Below are positions 1 through 9,744 of a DNA stretch of 64,000 bases, in pieces. The position numbers and the translations under genes were made by a program. The stretch is taken from positions 448,001 to 512,000 of the forward strand of contig CAXXNO010000004.1 of assembly GCA_963663235.2 (NCBI GenBank), written 5' to 3'. The stretch is from Dehalococcoidia bacterium. Its GTDB lineage: Bacteria; Chloroflexota; Dehalococcoidia; Bin125. Below the pieces are notes generated by a model, which ran no database searches, had not been told where the DNA came from, and was given only the letters and a program-made list of their open reading frames with translations. The stretch's first letter is position 1. Each line of letters begins with the position of its first letter.

Positions 1-2
1 AA

Positions 3-227
3 GAGCTGCGCGGGCACATCAACTCGCTCACCGCGGAGCAGCGCATGAGCGCCGTGATCGTGGCTGCGCTGCCCGTGGTGGTGGTGGGGTTGTTCCTGGT
101 GACGGATCCGGATTTCGTCTCGCCGCTGTGGACGACGAAGGTTGGGCTGTTCATCCTCGGCGCCGCCGGCGGGATGGAGGCGATCGCCTTCTTGTTCATG
201 CGGCGCATCGCCTCCATCAACGTGTAA
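3..227 (+). CDS. tadB: Tad pilus assembly protein TadB (T2SS F family), 5'-truncated by the window edge
   Basis: Open frame from base 3 reads ELRGHINSLTAEQRMSAVIVAALP...PDFVSPLW...RRIASINV, a typical TadB C-terminus, directly upstream of a TadC-like gene. Confidence 0.85.
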   Translation, partial: ELRGHINSLTAEQRMSAVIVAALPVVVVGLFLVTDPDFVSPLWTTKVGLFILGAAGGMEAIAFLFMRRIASINV

Positions 228-230
228 CCC

Positions 231-1126
231 ATGGTACTCATTGCTGCTCTGGTGTCTGCGCTCGCCGTCTCCGTGGCGGTATACGTGCTCACCAATCGGG
301 ACAGGGATGGCTACCTCGATGCGCGGCTCGCCCGCCTGCACCGGAAGACGCTCTCGTATCGCGAGGCCAAGCTGGCTACGCCCTTCTTCCAGCGGGTGGC
401 GCTGCCGATCGGGACGTGGGTGCGCGCATGGTTCGTGAAGATGCTGCCGACCACCATGGCCAGTGGCACCGAGGATCGGCTGGTGGTCGCGGGTGAGCCG
501 ATGTCGGCGCGGGCCTACCTCACCTGGCAGGCGATGATGGCGGTGGCGGCGCTCTCCGTGCTGGTCATGGGCCTCACCGCCGGCGCCGAGGGGCTGACGA
601 AGATCGGCGTGTTTTGGTGGTCATCATGATCCTGGCCACGCCGTACTTGTGGCTGCGCTCCAAGGTGGCGGCCCGGCAGCAGGCCGTGATCAGGGCGCTG
701 CCGGATGCGGTGGACCTCATTGTCACGATGGTCGAAGCGGGCCAGAGCATCGAGGCGGCCATCGCGGACGTCGCGGCCGAAAGCGACGGGCCTCTGGCGG
801 ACGAGTTGCAGGTGGCGATGCGCGAGATCACGCTCGGGCGCAGCCGCCGCGATGCGTTGCTGCGGTTGATTGAGCGCGTGCCGGTACCGGAGCTCACGGC
901 CTTCGTGCAGGCGGTGCTGCAGGCGCAGACCAGCGGGGTTCCGTTGGGGGACGTGCTTCGCACGCAGGCGGTCGAGATCCGCCGCAAGAAGCGTCAGCGT
1001 GCCGAGGCCGAGGCGGGCCGGGCGCCGGTCAAGATGGTCCTGGTCATGGTCTTCCTGATCATGCCGAGCATGGTGCTGGTCATGTTGGGCCCCACGGCCC
1101 TGCGGATGATGGCCATCACCGAGTAG
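231..1126 (+). CDS. tadC: TadC (T2SS F family), split by a frameshift at the T4 run 612-615
   Basis: ORFs 231..629 and 614..1126 join if one T is added (gtg ttt ttg gtg gtc). Motifs LPDAVDLIVTMVEAG, QAQTSGVPLGDVLRTQA, RAEAEAGRAPVKM. Confidence 0.85.
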
Positions 1127-1592
1127 GCGGCCGGACCGGGCCTACAGCTACAGCGCAAACCCACAGAGCGACGCCCCCGCAGCCGGCGCACAAGTAGGGG
1201 CCGTAGGCGATCTTCATACTTCGCGTCCAGCGTCCCGCCGTCAGCATGGCCGCAGACACGACGGCCGCCAGCAAGGACGCAACCAGCAGGCCGAGGAGGA
1301 CGGCGGGGAAGCCGAGCGTCAGGCCGATGAGCGCGGCGAGTTTGACGTCGCCGGCGCCCATGGCCTGGGGGCGCGCGAAGAACGCGACGGCGAAAATGCC
1401 GAACGCCAGAACGCCGCCCGCGACGGCGTCGACGTAGCCCCCGGCGGGCAGGATGGGGGCGGCGGCGAGCGCGGCCACGATGCCGGGGTAGATGAGCGCG
1501 TTGGGCAGGATGCGCCGACGGACGTCGATCGCCGCGAGAAGCGCCAAGAGGCTCAGCAGGACCGCCAGCGCCGCGATCTCGGGAGCGTCCAC
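1116..1592 (-). CDS. A24 family prepilin peptidase
   Basis: AAIDVRRRILPN, MGAGDVKL and IAYGPYL motifs; highly hydrophobic. Confidence 0.9.
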   Translation of the reverse strand: MDAPEIAALAVLLSLLALLAAIDVRRRILPNALIYPGIVAALAAAPILPAGGYVDAVAGGVLAFGIFAVAFFARPQAMGAGDVKLAALIGLTLGFPAVLLGLLVASLLAAVVSAAMLTAGRWTRSMKIAYGPYLCAGCGGVALWVCAVAVGPVRPPTR

Positions 1593-1675
1593 GCATCTCT
1601 CCTACGTCCGTTGGGCCGGGCCCAGACGGGCAGATCTATCGTAGGGCGATGCCGGACGTAGAGGGGTGGCGGCGC

Positions 1676-2398
1676 CTAACCGGCGTCGGTCTGGACCTCC
1701 GAACGCATGAGCTGGCGCAGCCGGTTGAGGGCGCGGTACTGCAGCGCCCGCACCGCCTCTTCACTCTTGCCGGTCATCGTCGCGATGCGCGCGTGCGGCA
1801 ACTCATGCACGAAGCGCATCACGAGAACGGCGCGCTGGTCCTCAGAGAGTTTCTGCATGGCGTCGCCAACCGCCTGGGCGTCCATTCGGCCTTCCAGGAC
1901 CGCCGTGGGGGAATTGAGGCGGTTCTCATCGGGCGGCTCGAATACGTCCGTGAGGGGCAGCGCGCGCTGACGCTTCAGTTCGTTCATGGCAAGGTTGCGG
2001 GCGATACGGAACATCCAGGCGTCGAAGCGATCCGGTCGGCGCAGGGTGGACAACTGCCGCCAGGCGACGAGGAAGGTCTCCGCCGCGGCGTCGTCGGCGC
2101 GGTCGGCGTCGCGCAAGATCGCCGTGAGGTAGCGGGTGACGATGCCGAGCCGCTGCCGGTAGAGCTGGGCGAACGCCTCGTGGTCTCCCGCCTGGGCGCG
2201 TTCGACGAGCTCCAGGGCGCTTGAGCCGGCGGCGCTCGCAGGAGCGACGGCGTCGCTTGCCGGAGCGGCGTCGGGCGCGCCGCCTTGAGGCTCAGGGAGC
2301 GTTTCGCCTGCGGCCGGGCTGGGGACGGCGATGTCGCCGCGTGAGCGCGGATGCTCTGCCGTCTGGTCCGGTCGCCTGCGGGTGATGAGTGAAACCAT
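1676..2398 (-). CDS. ECF RNA polymerase sigma factor (paralog 1)
   Basis: LVERAQAGDHEAFAQLY, FDAWMFRIARN, LSEDQRAVLVMRF, EEAVRALQYRALNRLR; ATG at 2398 preceded by GAGGT. Confidence 0.9.
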   Translation of the reverse strand: MVSLITRRRPDQTAEHPRSRGDIAVPSPAAGETLPEPQGGAPDAAPASDAVAPASAAGSSALELVERAQAGDHEAFAQLYRQRLGIVTRYLTAILRDADRADDAAAETFLVAWRQLSTLRRPDRFDAWMFRIARNLAMNELKRQRALPLTDVFEPPDENRLNSPTAVLEGRMDAQAVGDAMQKLSEDQRAVLVMRFVHELPHARIATMTGKSEEAVRALQYRALNRLRQLMRSEVQTDAG

Positions 2399-2683
2399 CG
2401 TGGACCTCACCGTCCCGCCACCGACGGCACTGTCGCAGCGCGCGCGATCGGGAACATCGGGCGTGAAGACCAATTCGGCGGTGCGAAACGGTGGACCTCT
2501 TGGAGGGGCGGCTGGCGGAGTGGTCTCCGACGCTGGTCGTAGGTCGGAGTCCGACCGGCGGCGGGCCCGCTCGTGGTGCTGGCGGGGGGCCGCGCCGCAG
2601 GAGGGTTCGCATCGAGGGCCCGGCGGGCGCTGCCCGCTCCATGCGTCCGGCGGGCCGTGCGCGGGACCGTGGACGGCTCCTGC

Positions 2684-2899
2684 TTAGGATCGCCGCCGAT
2701 CGGAGATGACGGCGGCTTGGGCCTCGGCGCTGGGGCCGCCGGCGAATCCGCAAGCAAGGCATGAGACTTCGCCGCGGACGTCCACCAGCAGGGTGCCGCA
2801 GTGGCAGCGCGGGCAAAAGGGCCTCCGCGCGGTGTAGACGCGGGCATCTATCTGTAGTGCGTGTGCGTCGGCGCTGAAATGACATGTGGAGTCGTTCAT
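2684..2899 (-). CDS. Small zinc-ribbon protein (71 aa)
   Basis: Strong SD GGAGGTGAT before the ATG; CPRC...CLACG motif. Confidence 0.7.
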   Translation of the reverse strand: MNDSTCHFSADAHALQIDARVYTARRPFCPRCHCGTLLVDVRGEVSCLACGFAGGPSAEAQAAVISDRRRS

Positions 2900-3319
2900 A
2901 CGATCACCTCCACCGAATAGACCCGCCGCGGGCGAAATTGTGATGCGGAGGTTCTCGGTCACGCCCGGCTGAACCTCTTGGCTTCCGGTTGCCGCGCCGT
3001 CGTGACGGCGGGAACCGGCGCAGCTGAAGAGGCGGTCCGAGGCGCCGCTGCGACCTTCGGCGGGCCAGGAACCCGACGGCAGTTGGATGGCGACGGCTCC
3101 GCGGCGTGTCGACGCTGAGTGTGAGGGAGCGGCACATATCGGGCCGGCCCTCAGTTTCGTTTTTTGACTTCCCACGGCCCTGCGGCGTCACAAACAGGCT
3201 CCTTCACCGCCTAACAGATGTGGCCGCAGAAGAGGGGCCATCCGATTCCGGGGTTTGCTGTCGGTCACTACGGCGCAATCCAGGAATGGATCCAGGGAGG
3301 CTGAGAGATTCGAAGCCCC

Positions 3320-4843
3320 ATGCCATGTAATGCAGACCTCGCGGCGCTCGACCGCCTGATCAGATCGCGAGTCGAGGGTCGGACGATTGGAGCGGGGATG
3401 GCGGGCGCCACCATGGAGCCGCTGGCCGACACCGCAGCGGACCTGATGCTGTGGCGGGACCGGGCGCCGGCCGTCGATCAGGTGGGCCTCTGTGCCCGCC
3501 TCGATTTGGGCCTGCCCGCCATCCAGCAACATCAAGCGCTCTCGTGGTGGTTGCGGCTACGGCCCGCGACGATGCTCCTCGCCCGCGCCTCCGCGATCGC
3601 TGCGGCGACGCGGATCCGCTTCGCGGCGGTGCTTACGAGCATGACGGGGTGGCGTGGACCCGAGGATGAGGAGCCGTCGTTGAACCTCGCCGCCACGGTG
3701 CTGGTGCTCTCGGCGTTCTGGGAGCAGGCCCCCGCGATCGATCAGAGCGCCGTGCGCGCACGCGTCGACGGGCACCTGCCATGGCTCAACCAGGAGCAGC
3801 GGCCCCGCCGCATGCCCCGCTTCGCGCTTCCCGGCGGGTTCCTGCCCGTCCCGGCCCCGGCGCTCCGGTACGTGGCCGCGGCGGCGACGGTGGTTAACAT
3901 CGCGGTCGCCGGCTATCACATGACCACCATCGGCGCCACGGAGCAGAACACCGTATTGGCCGCGTCCGCTGTGAGCAGCGATGGCGCCGCTGACGAGGCT
4001 CTCTTCCTCACGTCGATTGAGACGCTCACCGAGGCGAGCGATGGCGTCCTGGCGGACGGCCGCCTGAGCGACCACGAGGCGCTGACGCTGAGCCGGCAGT
4101 GGCAAGAGCTGGCCCCCACGGAACAGTCGCTGGAGAGCCTGATCCAAGGGATGTCCCTCCAGGACCTGGACGGCGCGCTGGCTGAGATCACCGCCCTTCA
4201 GCAGCAGCTCGAGGTGCTGGACGACGGCACGAGCGAGGAGATTCGCCCGCTCCTGACGTCGTTGAGCGCGCTGGCTGCGGCCTTCCACGACGCGATCCAG
4301 GGTGAAGGCGCCGGCGCGGACGATTCCGGCGTCGGCGGCGATGGCCCGGTGGGACCCAACGGCGATGGCCGGCCCGATGCTCCGGCCAACGGCGCCCCGG
4401 CGCTCGGCGGCGAGGGCGCGCCCGGCCCGGAGGGTGACGGCCCGCGCGGCCCCGATGGCTACGGCCCGCCCGGCCCCGACGGCGACGGCCCGCCCGGCCC
4501 CGACGGCGACGGCCCGCCCGGCCCCGACGCTACCGGCCCGGCCGCCGAGGACGGCGCCAGCGACAACGACGGCAACCGCGGCGCGAACGTCGGCAGCGAT
4601 GACGACGACGGCGACGACCGCGATGACGACGACGGCGACGGCAATGGCAACGCCGGCGGCCACGGCAACGGCAACGCCGGCGGGAACGGCAACGACTCCG
4701 ACGGCGGCAACGGCAACACCGGTGGCGGCGACGACGGCAACGCCGGCGGGAACGGCAACGACTCCGACGGCGGCCACGGCAACGGCAACGCCGGCGGGAA
4801 CGGCGACGGCCACGGAAATGGGGGCGCGCACGATGACGCTTAG
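3320..4843 (+). CDS. Putative membrane anti-sigma factor with a duplicated N-terminal domain and a Gly/Asp/Asn-rich low-complexity tail
   Basis: Immediately upstream of an ECF sigma gene; one hydrophobic segment (YVAAAATVVNIAVAGY), a helical extracytoplasmic region, then GPPGPDGD and GNGNAGG repeats; start uncertain. Confidence 0.6.
   Translation: MPCNADLAALDRLIRSRVEGRTIGAGMAGATMEPLADTAADLMLWRDRAPAVDQVGLCARLDLGLPAIQQHQALSWWLRLRPATMLLARASAIAAATRIRFAAVLTSMTGWRGPEDEEPSLNLAATVLVLSAFWEQAPAIDQSAVRARVDGHLPWLNQEQRPRRMPRFALPGGFLPVPAPALRYVAAAATVVNIAVAGYHMTTIGATEQNTVLAASAVSSDGAADEALFLTSIETLTEASDGVLADGRLSDHEALTLSRQWQELAPTEQSLESLIQGMSLQDLDGALAEITALQQQLEVLDDGTSEEIRPLLTSLSALAAAFHDAIQGEGAGADDSGVGGDGPVGPNGDGRPDAPANGAPALGGEGAPGPEGDGPRGPDGYGPPGPDGDGPPGPDGDGPPGPDATGPAAEDGASDNDGNRGANVGSDDDDGDDRDDDDGDGNGNAGGHGNGNAGGNGNDSDGGNGNTGGGDDGNAGGNGNDSDGGHGNGNAGGNGDGHGNGGAHDDA
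4430..4825 (+). repeat. Coding tandem repeats: 24-bp GPPGPDGD units and GNGNAGG/GNDSDG units
   Basis: ggcccgcccggccccgac occurs three times; ggcaacgccggcgggaacggc occurs three times. Confidence 0.85.
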
Positions 4844-5425
4844 CCCCCCCTGGCCGGGACGGCGGCGACAGGCCGCGTCACGGCTCCGGCCCAACAGGCC
4901 ACGGAGGCTCAGGACGAACTCGTCCAGCGCGCGCAGCAGGGCGATCGCGACGCTTACGGCGCCCTCTACAAGACGCGGGTGGACGGGCTCTCACGCTACG
5001 TCGGGGCCATTCTGCGCGACGTGGATCGCACGGAGGACGTGGTCGCCCAATCGTTCATGCTGGCCTGGCGGGACTTGCCGAAGCTCCGCGACCCGCGTCG
5101 GTTCGACGCCTGGCTCTTTCGCATCGCACACAACCAGGCCATGAATGAGTTCAAGCGCCCGTCCACCACAGGGCTGGAGCAGACGCTTGAGCCCCCCGAG
5201 CCGAACCCGGCGTACTCGCCGTCCGCGCGGATGGATGCCCAGGTGGACAGCGAGAAACTGCGCAACGCGTTGCTGGGCTTGGCCGAGGACCAGCGGGATG
5301 TCCTGGTGCTTCGCTTCCTGCGCGGCCTGCCGCACTCAGAGGTCGCGAAGCAGATGGGCCGCAGCGAACAGGCGGTGCGGGCGTTGCAGTACCGCGCCCT
5401 CCAGAGCCTGCGACACGGATTCTAA
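4833..5425 (+). CDS. ECF RNA polymerase sigma factor (paralog 2); the ATG at 4833 is out of frame by one C in the C7 run 4844-4850
   Basis: DELVQRAQQGDRDAYGALY lies in frame upstream of ORF 4979..5425; FDAWLFRIAHN; EQAVRALQYRALQSLR. Confidence 0.85.
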
Positions 5426-5503
5426 AGACAGTGGATAGGCGCCGGAAGTCCGGCACGGCCCGCACGCAGACCGCCCCCGCGGCGGGTTGGAGGAGAACGA
5501 CCG

Positions 5504-7426
5504 ATGACGGCTTCACAGCCTGACCCCGCATTGGCTCGCAAGGTCACCGAGGTCCGTCAGGCTCTGGAGACGATGCTTGGCTCCATGGTGAACGCCGTGA
5601 CGTTGCTCGATGACGAAGTGGGCAGTGTCCCCACCGTCGGGCAGGCAGATGGAGGCCACGGCGCTCCGGTCCCCGATCCGCTTGCGCGGGGCATCGCGCC
5701 GCTGGACTTCCCCGGCGGCGCGAGCGAAGAGCGCCAGCCGTCCGAGTCCGGGACGGCTCTGGCACGGGCCGAGCGGCGCCTGCATGTGATCAGCAACAAC
5801 TTGCCGCTCTATCTTTTCGAGATCGATCGCGACGGGATCTACACGTGGATGGAGGGCCAGGGGCTCGAGTCGTTCGGGGTGTCCCCGGGAAACCAGGTGG
5901 GGGCGTCGCTTTTCGCCGTGCACCGAGCGCGGCCGGAGCTCATCGCCCACGTGCGACGGGCGCTGGCCGGGGAGGTTGTGCGGGCGACGGAAGAGGTGGA
6001 CGGGGTCTTGCTGGACGCCGTCTACGAGCCGCTCCGGGACCGCGGGGGGGAGATCGGCGGTGTGATCGGCGTGGCGCTCGATGTGAGCGAGCGCTCGCTG
6101 GCGCAGGCGGAACTGATTCGCCGCTCGCTTTTCGATCCTCTGACCGAGCTGCCCAATGCGGCGCTCTTTCGCGAGTGGGTGGACGAGGCGATCGCCGCCG
6201 CCCGCGACGAAGTGCGCCCGTTCGCCGTGCTGGTGGTGGCGCTCGATCGGACGCGGATCACCAACGAGACCTACGGGCGCGAGTACGGAGAGCTTCTGGT
6301 CCAAGCGGTCGGTCAGCGTCTCCGGTCCCTGTTCGATGGCAACAACGACACCGTCGCACGGTTAGACAGCGACGAATTCGGTGTGCTGCTCCAGTCCCGG
6401 AGCGGCGGGAGTGACGTGGCTGCGGTCGCCGAGCAGATCCGCAGCACCTTTGCCGCCGGTTTCCACGTCGAGGGGCATTCCCTTGCGCTGGATGCCAGCG
6501 TCGGGGTGGCGCGCTTTCCCGGACACGGCGACGACGCGGACGTGCTCCTGCGCCATGCCCAGGCGGCCCTGAGCGCCGCGAAGCAGAATCCGGGGGGCTA
6601 CGCGGTCTACACCGCGACGCAAGACCCGGATCCCGCCGCGCGGCTGCGGCTCATGAGCGATCTGCGCCGCGGTATCGACGAGGACCAACTCGTGCTGCAC
6701 TATCAGCCCAAGATCGACATGGAGTCCGGACAGGTGCGTGGCGCGGAAGCGCTGGTGCGCTGGCAGCACCCCGAGCGGGGCATGGTCATGCCCGGCGAGT
6801 TCATTGGCACGGCGGAGCGAACGGGACTGCTGAAGCCGCTGACGACGTGGGTCATCGACGCGGCGCTGCGCCAGCTCTACGCCTGGCAGCGCGATGGGCT
6901 GGATATGAAGGTTGCCGTCAACGTTTCCGTCGAGAGCCTGCGCGACCCCGATTTTCCCAGCCAGTTGAGCACGGCCCTGGACGCTTGGGGGGTGCCAGCG
7001 GAGAAACTGCAGCTGGAGATCACGGAGAGCGCGCTCATGGTGGAGCCGGAGGCGGCCGTGCGGGTGCTGACCCGCTTGGAGCAGATGGGTGTGGGCTTGA
7101 TCGTGGACGATTTCGGGACCGGGTACAGCGCCATGACGTACCTCAAGCTGCTGCCCGTCGACGAGATCAAGATCGACCAGGCGTTCGTGCGCGGCGTGGC
7201 GGCCGACGAAAAGGACTCCCTCATCGTGGAGGCGATCATCGGCATGTCCAAAGGCATGGGCCGACGCGTGGTCGCGGAGGGGGTGGAGACGCAGGAGACC
7301 TGGACGGCGCTGGCGGCGCTTCACTGCGACATGGCGCAGGGCTACTACATGTGCCGCCCGCTGGACGCCTCGGAGTTCACCAACTGGCTGTCAGGGCCGG
7401 GCGCGTCCCTGCACATGCGCAACTAG
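5504..7426 (+). CDS. PAS-GGDEF-EAL protein, probable c-di-GMP phosphodiesterase
   Basis: PAS fold; DPLTELPN; degenerate RLDSDEF in place of GGDEF; intact YQPK, EALVRW, EITES, DDFGTGYS, KIDQ, EGVE, QGY. Confidence 0.92.
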   Translation: MTASQPDPALARKVTEVRQALETMLGSMVNAVTLLDDEVGSVPTVGQADGGHGAPVPDPLARGIAPLDFPGGASEERQPSESGTALARAERRLHVISNNLPLYLFEIDRDGIYTWMEGQGLESFGVSPGNQVGASLFAVHRARPELIAHVRRALAGEVVRATEEVDGVLLDAVYEPLRDRGGEIGGVIGVALDVSERSLAQAELIRRSLFDPLTELPNAALFREWVDEAIAAARDEVRPFAVLVVALDRTRITNETYGREYGELLVQAVGQRLRSLFDGNNDTVARLDSDEFGVLLQSRSGGSDVAAVAEQIRSTFAAGFHVEGHSLALDASVGVARFPGHGDDADVLLRHAQAALSAAKQNPGGYAVYTATQDPDPAARLRLMSDLRRGIDEDQLVLHYQPKIDMESGQVRGAEALVRWQHPERGMVMPGEFIGTAERTGLLKPLTTWVIDAALRQLYAWQRDGLDMKVAVNVSVESLRDPDFPSQLSTALDAWGVPAEKLQLEITESALMVEPEAAVRVLTRLEQMGVGLIVDDFGTGYSAMTYLKLLPVDEIKIDQAFVRGVAADEKDSLIVEAIIGMSKGMGRRVVAEGVETQETWTALAALHCDMAQGYYMCRPLDASEFTNWLSGPGASLHMRN

Positions 7427-7618
7427 GCGCCGGCTCCCCCGGAATCCTGGCGCGCGCGTCGCGCCTAGGCTGACCCGGCGGCGATCCTGCGCCTGCGATT
7501 CACACCGCACGACCCGGCGTTCCGGCGACCGCACAGCGGCGGACCCCTTCCGACGGCGGTCCGGGCGGTCCCCTTCGTGGTCGTGTCCGAGGACGCACGG
7601 TCGGAGGCCGGCACCGTC

Positions 7619-9415
7619 TCAGCGGCCTGGGGCCGCCCGCATCTCCCGTCGAAGCGTGTCCGTGGCGCCTCGATCGATCTCGAAGATCAGCCGCCGCCGG
7701 TCGATCTCCTTGACCACCACGCCGTAGCGGCTGCGCGCCGCCGCGATGGTGAGGTAGTCGTCCTGGATGTCTTCCAAGACCTGCTCCGGCGGCCGCGCCA
7801 GCCGGTCCCCGTACCCGCCGCCGCCCGCCGACTGAAACGACACCGTCTCCCCGGGGTAGACGGGCGCGCCGGAGCAGAAGATGCCGATGTTGCGCTCGTT
7901 TTCCGATTCGAAGTTCACCACCAGGCGCGCCAGGGCGCCCGCCTCTCCGCCGAAGACGCCGGGCGGGCCGAAGACCTCGCGGTCGCCCACGCAGGACAGG
8001 GTGCCGGGCCCCCAGGGGTACTCCATCATTTGGTCCAGGGCCAGGCCGCCGCGGGTCCGGCCGGGCCCGCCGGTATCCGGCACCAACTGGTAGCGCCGCC
8101 AGAGCAGCGGGTAGCGGCGCTCCTGGATTTCGCACGGGACGTTCTGGGTCCCGCCCGCGTAGGCGGATCCCACGGCGCTGGGGCCGTCCTTGTACTTCGT
8201 GGCGCCCCAGCCTCCGAAGCTCCAGACGTATTCGATGAAGGGGGCGTCGAACCCCGGGCGTTCGTCCGTCCCGGCGAAGATGGTGTTGAGGATGCTGTAC
8301 GGCGTCCCCACCCCCCGTTCCGGCAGCGCCTTGCTCAGGGCCTGCATGACGGAGCTGATGACCATCTCCATGCTGGTCGCCGCCAGCCCGGAGACGGCCA
8401 CCGGCGGCTGGGCCCAGACGATGGAGCCGCGGCGCGCCTTGATCTCGATCGTGCGCATCACGCCGGCGTTCATCGGCATTGGCGGCAGGATGGAGGCCGT
8501 GGAGATGAAGATGCCGGAGGTGGTGGCGGCGATGGTGCAGTTGATGGCGGCCTCGGCGGGGCCGTCACTCTCTGTGAAGTCGAAGATGGCGTGATCCCCG
8601 TCGACCTTGAGCTTCAGGCGAATGGCGACGGGCTTGCCCGTGTAGACGTCCTTGTCCACGTAGTCTTCGCCTTCGTAGACACCGTCGGCGATGCTGGACC
8701 AGGCGACGCGGGCGAGGCGCTCGGAGTGGTTCTGCACTTCATCCATGGCGGCGAAGACGGTGTCCGGCCCGTGTTTGTCGATCACCGCCCGCACGCGGGA
8801 CTCCCCCACGTTGACGGCGGCCACCTGGGCGTTGAGATCGCCCACGCGCTCCCATGCCTGCCGCATGTTGGCCAGGAGGATGTCGAGCACATCTTTGTTG
8901 AGCACGCCCTGGCGGTGGATCCGCAGCGCCGGAATCCGTACTCCCTCTTCAAAGTGCGTCCGCGCGCGGGCGTTCAGCGAGCCCGGATAGACCCCGCCCA
9001 CGTCGGACCAGTGGGCGGTGGACGTCACGAAGGCGACAAGACGGTCGTCGTAGAAGACCGGCTTGACGAGATGGATGTCGTTGCAGTGCGTGCTGGCCAC
9101 GTAGGGGTCGTTGATCATGTAGATGTCGCCGGGCTGCATGTTTTCCAGCCCGATGGCGCGCACAACCTCCGGCACGGTGAGCTGGGTGATCCCCACGAAC
9201 GCCGGCAGGTCGAACTCGCCCTGCGAGACCAACTTGCCCGAGCGGTCATAGAGCGCGCCGGCGAAGTCGCGTCCTTCGTTCACGGCGGTGGAGTAGGCCG
9301 TCTTCGCCACCACGATGGCCATCTCGTTGCAGACGGCGATGAAGGTGTTGCGCAGGACCTCGAAGGTGATGGGGTCGATCGGGGCCGAAGCCCGTCGACC
9401 CGGTTCATTCGCCAT
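7619..9415 (-). CDS. Hydantoinase B/oxoprolinase family subunit (paralog 1)
   Basis: DPITFEVLRN, NDPY..THCND, AHWSDVGG, GPGRTRGG, GGGGYGD. Confidence 0.92.
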   Translation of the reverse strand: MANEPGRRASAPIDPITFEVLRNTFIAVCNEMAIVVAKTAYSTAVNEGRDFAGALYDRSGKLVSQGEFDLPAFVGITQLTVPEVVRAIGLENMQPGDIYMINDPYVASTHCNDIHLVKPVFYDDRLVAFVTSTAHWSDVGGVYPGSLNARARTHFEEGVRIPALRIHRQGVLNKDVLDILLANMRQAWERVGDLNAQVAAVNVGESRVRAVIDKHGPDTVFAAMDEVQNHSERLARVAWSSIADGVYEGEDYVDKDVYTGKPVAIRLKLKVDGDHAIFDFTESDGPAEAAINCTIAATTSGIFISTASILPPMPMNAGVMRTIEIKARRGSIVWAQPPVAVSGLAATSMEMVISSVMQALSKALPERGVGTPYSILNTIFAGTDERPGFDAPFIEYVWSFGGWGATKYKDGPSAVGSAYAGGTQNVPCEIQERRYPLLWRRYQLVPDTGGPGRTRGGLALDQMMEYPWGPGTLSCVGDREVFGPPGVFGGEAGALARLVVNFESENERNIGIFCSGAPVYPGETVSFQSAGGGGYGDRLARPPEQVLEDIQDDYLTIAAARSRYGVVVKEIDRRRLIFEIDRGATDTLRREMRAAPGR

Positions 9416-9744
9416 GACGGCTCCTCCTCTGATGCAGACCGCGACGGTGACGGGCTATGATCGCACCCCTTCCACGACGAGATCGGCGGCCTGCGGCCGC
9501 CCTAGTCGTGACGGCGTATTGTACGTCACCCGTAGCGTCTCTCAGAGGGTGACGGGGCGCCGATCGGGGGCCGTGGTGCGCTCGCGGAGCGGAAGCCCCG
9601 GCGCATCGACGGAGAGGGTCTTGCGCCGCTGCGCGTCGCCGCTGACGGCGACCCCGGAGACGGTTCGAGCGCGGCCAGATCTGAGCCGAAGCCGCGCCGG
9701 TGGTCCTGGGGCCGCGCGGTCCCGTGCGGGGGTATCCTGGGGAG

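Noticed and set aside
4430-4825. Possible CRISPR array or true collagen domain
   Set aside because: The repeats are coding with no unique spacers, and the 8-residue GPPGPDGD period breaks the Gly-X-Y triplet.
4841-4843. Pyrrolysine recoding of the in-frame TAG
   Set aside because: No pyl genes in the window, the fusion would place a sigma factor outside the membrane, and a homopolymer error is simpler.
3557-4894. 445-aa Val/Ala-rich antisense ORF, and many other long overlapping ORFs (e.g. 7577..9460, 15187..16782, 39568..41250, 44926..46428)
   Set aside because: These are shadow frames of real genes in high-GC DNA, with no recognisable motifs.
5504-7426. Active diguanylate cyclase
   Set aside because: The GGDEF motif is degenerate (DSDEF), so only the EAL domain looks intact.
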